Assembly: GCA_965247115.1 (NCBI GenBank)
Contig: CBDFGR010000003.1
Span: 1,248,001 to 1,312,000, forward strand
DNA from: Myxococcota bacterium
Lineage (GTDB): Bacteria > Myxococcota_A > UBA9160 > SZUA-336
Length of the DNA: 64,000 nt
Reading direction: 5' to 3'
In this document: positions 57,975-64,000 of the stretch, piece by piece
How the letters are laid out: every line of letters starts with the position of its first letter
Position numbering within the stretch: the first letter of the stretch is position 1
The notes under the pieces: model-generated
What the model saw: only the letters and a program-made list of their open reading frames with translations
Told to the model about the DNA's origin: nothing
Databases searched by the model: none
Made by a program: the position numbers and the translations under genes

Positions 57975-59233
57975 CGAACGACCTCGCGCGGAACCGCCCG
58001 ATCCTCCCTCTGCATGGGTGTGGGCCACCACTTGTTCTCCCACTCGTCCTCGAACAGGTCGGTGAGCTGTGGAAAGACCCGCTTGGCGAACATCTCGGTG
58101 TTGTAGAGCGTGAGGTCCTTGCTCATGTTTCCATACTGGAGCAGCAGCATGAGCTGTCCCACGTTCATGGTGACGGCGACCTCGCGCAGCTGCTCCGCCA
58201 CCTCGTCGGGACTGCCGATGATCACGTACCCCTTGTCGACGATCTCCTCGAAGCCTGGAGCGCTGAACGCCTCCCGGTCCGTAGAGCGCTCGCTCGCCCG
58301 CGTCGCGGCCTGCACTACCTGCGACTGGATGCGCGAACGGATCGTCGCCTCGCTGGAGTAGCCAGGAGGCATCGCGTAGCGGGCGTCGACGTGGAGGCAG
58401 CGGTTGTAGAAATACTCCGCCGGCTCCCGGTACAGGTCCAGGGCTTCCTCACGCGACTCCGCCACACCGACGAACTGGAGGAAACCCGCGCGGAAGGGAT
58501 TCCGATCCTTGCCGAGCTCCTTCATCTCGTTCCAGAAGCCCTGCATCGTCGCCAGCCCGGACTGGTAGCCGAAGTAGGACAGGTAGGCGTAGACGTAGTC
58601 GAGCTCCGCGCACCAGTGCCAGGTTTCGACCGAGCCCCCGCCCGGAATCCAGATGGGCGGATGGGGCTTCTGCACCGGCCGTGGCCACGGGTTTACGTAG
58701 CGCAGCTTCGTGAAGCGTCCGTTGAAGACGAAGGGATCCGGGTCCTGCCAGGCCTTCATCACAAGATCGTGCGCCTCGTAGTAGCGCTCACGCAGCTGGC
58801 TCGGATTGGCGCCATAGGCGTAGCAGGTATCCATGGGGCTGCCCACGGGGAAGCCCGCGACGAGTCGGCCGCCGGAGATGACGTCGAGCATGGCGAACTC
58901 TTCCGCGACCCGTACCGGCGGGTTGTAGAGCGCGAGCGAGTTCCCCATGACGACGATCGCCGCATCGCGCGTGCGACGCGCAAGGCTGCTGGCGATCAGG
59001 TTCGGGGAGGGCATGAGCCCGTACGCGTTCTGGTGGTGCTCGTTCACGCAGACGCCGTCAAAGCCGATCTCGGCCGCGAACTCGAGCTCGTCCATGAAAT
59101 CGTTGTACATGCCGTGCGCCTTCTCGGGGTCGAACAGGCGCGAGTCGATGTCGACCCAGACCGACGGGTGGTCCTCCTTGAAGGAGTCCGGGAGCTCGGT
59201 GTAAGGCATGAGGTGAAACCAGAGAATCTTCAT
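57971..59233 (-). CDS. LLM-class flavin-dependent oxidoreductase (luciferase-like)
   Basis: 'GFDGVCVNEHH', 'PVRVAEEFAMLDVISGGRL', 'PRPVQKPHPPIW'. Confidence 0.92.
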   Translation of the reverse strand: MKILWFHLMPYTELPDSFKEDHPSVWVDIDSRLFDPEKAHGMYNDFMDELEFAAEIGFDGVCVNEHHQNAYGLMPSPNLIASSLARRTRDAAIVVMGNSLALYNPPVRVAEEFAMLDVISGGRLVAGFPVGSPMDTCYAYGANPSQLRERYYEAHDLVMKAWQDPDPFVFNGRFTKLRYVNPWPRPVQKPHPPIWIPGGGSVETWHWCAELDYVYAYLSYFGYQSGLATMQGFWNEMKELGKDRNPFRAGFLQFVGVAESREEALDLYREPAEYFYNRCLHVDARYAMPPGYSSEATIRSRIQSQVVQAATRASERSTDREAFSAPGFEEIVDKGYVIIGSPDEVAEQLREVAVTMNVGQLMLLLQYGNMSKDLTLYNTEMFAKRVFPQLTDLFEDEWENKWWPTPMQREDRAVPREVVR

Positions 59234-59254
59234 TTCGTCTTTTCCTTGCCGCGA

Positions 59255-60031
59255 CTACTTGCCCTTCCACTGGGGTGGACGCTTCTCTGCGAATGCCTTT
59301 GGACCTTCGACGAAGTCCTCGCTCTTCACCATCTCCGCGATGGCGGGGTAGCGGCCGGTCTTCATGGCCTCCTGCAGATCCGCGACGTCCTGACTGCGGC
59401 TCGCGGTCTGCTTGCTCGCGCGAATGGAGAGCGGGGAGCACTCCAGGATCTGCTCCGCCCAGGCCCGCGCGGACTTGAGCAGGTCGGCGTGGGGAACCAC
59501 GTCGGTCACGAAGCCCAGCTCTTTCCCCTCCTGCGCGCCGACCCGACGACCGGTCAGGATCATGCCCATCGCATGCTTCAGCGGGATCATGCGCGGCAAG
59601 CGCTGCAGCCCACCCGCGAGGGCGGCCAGACCGACACGCGGCTCCGGCAGGGCGAAGACCGCCTGCTCCGAGGCGATGATCAGATCGCAGGCGAGCGCGA
59701 TCTCGAAGCCCCCGCCCATCGCCACGCCGTTCACCGCAGCGATCACCGGCTTGACGAGGTCGAAGCGGGACGTGAGCCCGCCGAAGCCTGCGCGCTGCTG
59801 CTCGCCGCGCCCGCCGGACGCCTGGAACTTCAAGTCGTTGCCAGCGGAGAAAGCGCGATCCCCCTCTCCCGTAATGATGCCCACCCAGAGCTCCGGGTCG
59901 GCCGCAAAATCGTCCCAGACCTTTGCCAGCGCCTGGTTTGCGGGCGGGTGAAGGCTGTTCATCACTTCGGGGCGAGTGATGGTGACGGTCAACACCCGAC
60001 CGTCGCGCTCGCTCTTGCAGAATTCTGACAT
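59255..60031 (-). CDS. Enoyl-CoA hydratase/carnitinyl-CoA dehydratase-like
   Basis: 'AFSAGNDLK', 'NGVAMGGGFEIALACD', 'ALPEPRVG'. Confidence 0.92.
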   Translation of the reverse strand: MSEFCKSERDGRVLTVTITRPEVMNSLHPPANQALAKVWDDFAADPELWVGIITGEGDRAFSAGNDLKFQASGGRGEQQRAGFGGLTSRFDLVKPVIAAVNGVAMGGGFEIALACDLIIASEQAVFALPEPRVGLAALAGGLQRLPRMIPLKHAMGMILTGRRVGAQEGKELGFVTDVVPHADLLKSARAWAEQILECSPLSIRASKQTASRSQDVADLQEAMKTGRYPAIAEMVKSEDFVEGPKAFAEKRPPQWKGK

Positions 60032-60140
60032 TCCTCACTGACCTCCTGTTTTTCCTGGTCGATGATACCTCAGTAAGGGGATCCACCGCGCCAGGACCCC
60101 GACCTCGGCGTTGCGTCGGTCGAAGCGTTAGCCTGTCGTC

Positions 60141-60809
60141 GTGCACACGGGGGGTGCCTGGCTCGCGGTCGTTCTGCTCGGACTGCTCATGGGCTGCGAC
60201 CGCCCTCCGGAGACTCCGGAAGCCCGCATTCGCGCGTTGTTCTCGGAGGTGGAGCGCGCTTCGAGGGAGCGGGACCTCGGCACGCTCCGAGACATGATCT
60301 CCGAGACCTACTCGGACACGAGAGGTCGCAACCAGGAAGACGTACGCGCGATCCTGACGGCGTACTACCTGCGCCGCGGCTCGATTTACGTGCTCACACG
60401 CGTGCGCACCCTCGAGCTCCAGGAGAACGGACGCGCGCGCGCAAGCGTCCTCGCCGGCCTCGCCCGCGCCCCAACCCTCGACTTCGGCGACCTCCGCCGC
60501 CCCCAAGCCGACGTCTACGTTTTCGACCTGGACCTCGCGGAGGAGGAAGACACGCGCTGGCGCGTAACGGCGGCGAGCTGGCGCCAGGCCCTGTGGGACC
60601 CGGCCGCGGGCGGCCGCGGCCACCCACCTCCGCTCAGGCCCAGGGCCTTCGCTGCGCGCGCCGCGTTCGCGGCGCTTGCACGGTTGCCAAGCCTCGTAGG
60701 CAGTTGCCGGTTCTCAACGGAATCTGAACTTGGGGACGGTCCGGCGCCGGCGGGGTTAGCGCGATCTTTGCTTCCATGCGAAGCGCGAGAGGTCCACTCG
60801 GCCGCGTAG
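60141..60809 (+). CDS. Putative lipoprotein (NTF2-like), C-terminus apparently extended through repeat A9
   Basis: 'LLMGC' lipobox-like motif; after 'WRVTAASWRQA' the frame reads through repeat-derived sequence. Confidence 0.6.
   Translation: MHTGGAWLAVVLLGLLMGCDRPPETPEARIRALFSEVERASRERDLGTLRDMISETYSDTRGRNQEDVRAILTAYYLRRGSIYVLTRVRTLELQENGRARASVLAGLARAPTLDFGDLRRPQADVYVFDLDLAEEEDTRWRVTAASWRQALWDPAAGGRGHPPPLRPRAFAARAAFAALARLPSLVGSCRFSTESELGDGPAPAGLARSLLPCEAREVHSAA
60592..60742 (-). repeat. Repeat family A copy (A9)
   Basis: TGTGGGACCCGGCCGCGGGCGGCCGCGGCCACCCACC...AACTTGGGGACGGTCC. Confidence 0.9.
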
Positions 60810-61070
60810 GTCGAACTCGATTCCCTCGTCTTCTAGGAGCTCTCGCTGTAGCTCGTCGGGACCGTTGATGCCGCGCGGGCTCACCTGTCCCCGCGCGTTC
60901 AGTACGCGCTGCCACGGAACCTCGTCGTGGGAGAGCGCGTGGAGCGCGTAGCCGACGAGGCGGGCCTGGTTCGGTAGGCCTGCCAGGCGCGCGACCTGGC
61001 CGTAGGTTGCGACCTTGCCGCGCGGGATGCGGCGCACCACGCGATAGATCTGGTCGTACAGGCTCGCCAC
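60756..61070 (-). CDS. Alkyltransferase-like protein (ATL/YbaZ, MGMT family)
   Basis: 'IPRGKVATYGQVA', 'ARLVGYAL', 'PWQRV' with Trp in place of the catalytic Cys. Confidence 0.88.
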   Translation of the reverse strand: MASLYDQIYRVVRRIPRGKVATYGQVARLAGLPNQARLVGYALHALSHDEVPWQRVLNARGQVSPRGINGPDELQRELLEDEGIEFDLRGRVDLSRFAWKQRSR

Positions 61071-61090
61071 AGTCGCGAGTCTACCCGGCG

Positions 61091-61108
61091 CTAATCTTGA
61101 CGGATTAG
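61091..61108 (+). promoter_or_regulatory. Inverted repeat enclosing a -35-like box upstream of mrp
   Basis: CTAATC-TTGACG-GATTAG within an AT-rich patch. Confidence 0.5.
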
Positions 61109-61150
61109 TATATTTTGATACCTGTCGAGCGAATTGCAGCAGGAGCCGCC

Positions 61151-62251
61151 ATGAGCAGCGTGACCGAGGGTGAGGTGCTGAATGCGCTGCGCCCGATCGA
61201 GGATCCGGACTTCAAGCGCTCCATCGTCGATCTCGGCTTCGTGAAGAACATCGCGATCGACGGCTCCCGCGTCTCCTTCTCGATCGAGCTCACGACGCCC
61301 GCCTGTCCTGTCAAGGAGAAGTTCGAGGGCGCCGCGCGAGCGGCGGTCGGCGCGCTGGACGGGGTCGAGGAGGTCTCCGTGAACATGACCGCACAGACTC
61401 GCGGCACCAGCCATCAGGGCAAGCCCGAGGGCCTCGAGCACGTGCAGAACGCGATCGCGGTCGCCAGCGGTAAGGGCGGCGTGGGAAAGTCGACCATCTC
61501 CGTCAACCTCGCGCTGGCGCTCGCAGCGGGCGGCGCGAAGGTGGGGCTGCTCGACTGCGACATTTACGGTCCGTCGATTCCGCTCATGCTCGGGATCCAG
61601 GGTAGGCCCGAGGTGACGCAGGAGAAGAAGATCATCCCGCTGGAGAGCTTCGGCCTCCAGCTCATGTCGATCGGCTTCCTTGCTGGTGAGAACGGACCGG
61701 TCATTTGGCGCGGACCCATGGTCCACGGAGTCATTCGTCAGTTCCTCGCCGACGTGCGCTGGGGTGAGCTCGACTACCTGGTGCTCGATCTGCCGCCCGG
61801 TACGGGCGACGCCGCACTCACACTGACCCAAACGGCCCCACTCGCTGGCGCGGTCATCGTCACGACACCACAGGAGGTCGCCCTGATCGACGCGCGCAAG
61901 GGACTGCAGATGTTCCAACGCGTGAACGTACCGGTGCTCGGGATCGTGGAGAACATGAGCTACTTCGTCTGCGATGGCTGCGACACCCGACACACCCTCT
62001 TCGGCGAGGGCGGGGGTGCGCGCGCAGCTCGTGAGCTCGGCACCGAGCTTCTCGTCCAGGTCCCCTTCGAGCCGCAGGTAGTGGAGGCCGGCGACGCCGG
62101 CAAGCCAACGCTGATCTCAGAGCCCGACTCGGCCAGCGCCGTGGCCATCCGCGAGCTCGCCGGGCTCGTGGCCCGCAAGCTCTCGATTCTGAACACGGAC
62201 GCACCGCCCGTGCTCGACACCAACATCCAGTGGGTGGACACGCCTGGATGA
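61151..62251 (+). CDS. mrp: Mrp/ApbC Fe-S cluster carrier ATPase with N-terminal DUF59
   Basis: 'DPDFKRSIVDLG...LTTPACP', 'ASGKGGVGKST', 'WRGPM', 'DLPPGTGD', 'ENMSYFVCDGC'. Confidence 0.93.
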   Translation: MSSVTEGEVLNALRPIEDPDFKRSIVDLGFVKNIAIDGSRVSFSIELTTPACPVKEKFEGAARAAVGALDGVEEVSVNMTAQTRGTSHQGKPEGLEHVQNAIAVASGKGGVGKSTISVNLALALAAGGAKVGLLDCDIYGPSIPLMLGIQGRPEVTQEKKIIPLESFGLQLMSIGFLAGENGPVIWRGPMVHGVIRQFLADVRWGELDYLVLDLPPGTGDAALTLTQTAPLAGAVIVTTPQEVALIDARKGLQMFQRVNVPVLGIVENMSYFVCDGCDTRHTLFGEGGGARAARELGTELLVQVPFEPQVVEAGDAGKPTLISEPDSASAVAIRELAGLVARKLSILNTDAPPVLDTNIQWVDTPG

Positions 62252-62571
62252 AGGTCGTTCGCTGGGACTCCGCAGCTCAGCGCTTTGCGTCGGAGAAGAT
62301 GCAGAAGGTCGGTCTGTTCTCGTCTGAGCGCTTCTTTCTCGACCTCTACTGCCTGGAGCCGGGTCAGTCACAGAAGACGCACGCCCATGACGGGTCGGAC
62401 AAGGTCTATCTGGTGGCTCTGGGTGAGGGACGCTTCCAGATCGGCGAGGAGAGCCGGACGCTCGTCACAGGCGAGGCCGTCATGGCTGCCGCGGGCGAGC
62501 TTCACGGGATCACGAACGACTCCAGCGCGCGTCTGGTAGTCCTGACCCTGATGGCCCCGCCACCCTCGTAA
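62248..62571 (+). CDS. Cupin domain protein
   Basis: 'LEPGQSQKTHAH...YLVALGEG...GELHGITN'. Confidence 0.85.
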   Translation: MKVVRWDSAAQRFASEKMQKVGLFSSERFFLDLYCLEPGQSQKTHAHDGSDKVYLVALGEGRFQIGEESRTLVTGEAVMAAAGELHGITNDSSARLVVLTLMAPPPS

Positions 62572-62572
62572 G

Positions 62573-63355
62573 GTGAAGAGCGCGCTTGCGATCGCCGGCT
62601 CGGATCCCAGCGGCGGGGCCGGAATTCAGCTCGACCTTCAGGTCTTCGCGCTCCACGGAGTGCACGGGATGGCGGTCCCGACGGCGCTCACGGTGCAGAC
62701 GAGCGTCGGCATCCGCCGCTCGCTACCCGTCTTCCCGAACGTGGTCGGCGAGCAGCTGAGCGCTCTCCTGGACGACATCCGCCCAGACGTCATCAAGATC
62801 GGCATGCTCGCGACCGACGACGTGCTGCTCCGGGTGTCGAGTGTGCTGGAGCGCTTCGACTTGCCTTGCATCGTCGACCCCGTGCTGCGGGCGTCGGACG
62901 GCTCGTTCCTGCTGGAGCGCAGGGCGCTGCGAAATCTGGCGGAGCGCGTGATTCCCGGTGCCAGCCTGGTCACGCCGAACCTGTCGGAGGCCGAGGTTCT
63001 GACCGGAACCACGGATCCGGAGCGCGCGGCCCGCGCGCTGCTAGATATGGGCGCCGGCGCCGCTCTCATAAAGGGCGGACACGCCGAGGGCCCGGCGGAC
63101 GACTTTCTGCTGACCGAGCAGGGTGAGTGCTGGATCTCCAGCGACCGCGTCCCCGGCGGCAGCGTTCACGGCACCGGGTGTGCGCTCTCCTCGTCGATCG
63201 CGGCTCGCTGCGCGCGTGGGGAGGGACTCGAGGAGTCCGTACGCGGAGCCAAGCGCTGGCTCACGAAGGCGATCGTGGAGGCCGAGCAGCTCGGTAAGGG
63301 CCAGCTGTACCTGCGCCTCCGGCCGGATCGAGATTACTTGGAGCGCTCGATGTAG
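62573..63355 (+). CDS. thiD: Hydroxymethylpyrimidine/phosphomethylpyrimidine kinase
   Basis: 'IAGSDPSGGAGIQLD', 'TPNLSEA', 'KGGH', 'HGTGCALSS'. Confidence 0.93.
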   Translation: MKSALAIAGSDPSGGAGIQLDLQVFALHGVHGMAVPTALTVQTSVGIRRSLPVFPNVVGEQLSALLDDIRPDVIKIGMLATDDVLLRVSSVLERFDLPCIVDPVLRASDGSFLLERRALRNLAERVIPGASLVTPNLSEAEVLTGTTDPERAARALLDMGAGAALIKGGHAEGPADDFLLTEQGECWISSDRVPGGSVHGTGCALSSSIAARCARGEGLEESVRGAKRWLTKAIVEAEQLGKGQLYLRLRPDRDYLERSM

Positions 63356-63900
63356 CGAAGCTCGCCGGGATCCACGCGGATCCGGTCCCCCGCGTCGATG
63401 AAGGGGGGCACCTGAAGGCTCACGCCGTTGTCGAGCACGGCGGGCTTGCTCGACTTGGCCGCGGTCTGGCCCTTGACGACGGGCTCCGCCTCGCGCACGC
63501 CAATCTCGACTGTCTTCGGCAGCTGCAGGCCGATCGGGTTCCCGTCGAGGAGCTCCACGTGGAGGCGCATGCCTTCGCTGAGCCATGGAGCCGCGTCTCC
63601 GAGCGCTTCCTTCGGCAGGCTGAGCTGCTCGTAGTTCTCCGTGTCCATGAATATGGCCGCAGCGGGCTCCGCGTAGAGGTACTCCATCTCGCGGGCCTCG
63701 ACATGGGCCCGCTCGATGAACTCCGAGGCGGAGAATCTCACCTCGCGCTGTGTGCCGTCGAGCAGGTTGCGTAGCTTGGTCTGCACGAAGCCGCGTTTGT
63801 TGCCTGGCGTGCGGTGCTCGAACTGGAGCACGCGATACGGAACCCCTTCGTGAACGATGGGTGTTCCACGTCTCAGACCGGTCGCCTGGATCTCCGCCAT
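63334..63900 (-). CDS. efp: Elongation factor P
   Basis: 'FVQTKLRNLLDG', 'FMDTENYEQ', 'KPAVLDNG..VPPFI..GDRIRVD'. Confidence 0.93.
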   Translation of the reverse strand: MAEIQATGLRRGTPIVHEGVPYRVLQFEHRTPGNKRGFVQTKLRNLLDGTQREVRFSASEFIERAHVEAREMEYLYAEPAAAIFMDTENYEQLSLPKEALGDAAPWLSEGMRLHVELLDGNPIGLQLPKTVEIGVREAEPVVKGQTAAKSSKPAVLDNGVSLQVPPFIDAGDRIRVDPGELRYIERSK

Positions 63901-63905
63901 CTTGC

Positions 63906-64000
63906 CTAACCCTGCTTGAGCCTCGCGAGCAAGCGCTCCCAGATGCCGCCGAAGGCCCCGTTCGACATGATCAGGGCCACGTCAGCGCCGGTCCGACCCG
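63906..64000 (-). CDS. mpl: 3' end of murein peptide ligase Mpl (partial)
   Basis: Minus-strand translation '...DVALIMSNGAFGGIWERLLARLKQG*' matches the Mpl C-terminal MSNGxFGGI motif. Confidence 0.7.
   Translation of the reverse strand, partial: GRTGADVALIMSNGAFGGIWERLLARLKQG

Noticed and set aside
1..64000. tRNA/rRNA genes, prophage or integrase
   Set aside because: No cloverleaf, rRNA-like stretch, phage structural gene or integrase motif was recognised by eye; tRNAscan/Infernal were not run

Overview
GC-rich bacterial chromosomal window, densely coding (about 62 genes). Gene families suggest a Myxococcota/Deltaproteobacteria-like organism; this is inference only. Core content: a putative acetate/solute symporter pair, a RapA-like helicase, a cobalamin riboswitch with a btuB-like receptor, dinB, a khtTU-like K+/H+ antiporter, acnA-bolA, motAB with a sigma-28-like promoter, ethylmalonyl-CoA mutase with meaB, pduO, a modABC cassette with a divergent regulator, a complete alternative complex III operon (actABCDEF), a ~1690-aa single-chain biotin carboxylase, and central metabolism/housekeeping genes (fbaB, rpiB, pyrE, hisI, thiD, efp, 3' end of mpl). 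No rRNA, tRNA or CRISPR array was seen. The most notable unexplained structure: (1) a dispersed modular repeat family with 9 copies, fully compensatory hairpin changes and frequent placement flush against stop codons; (2) a ~1.33 kb DUF222-like/HNH gene cassette bounded by two related CCCCCGGGGG-core palindromes; (3) a highly divergent crotonyl-CoA carboxylase/reductase-like MDR enzyme in the same window as ecm; (4) a small metallothionein-like ORF sandwiched between repeats. All calls come from reading motifs by eye; no database searches were run, and several start codons are adjusted from the ORF track.
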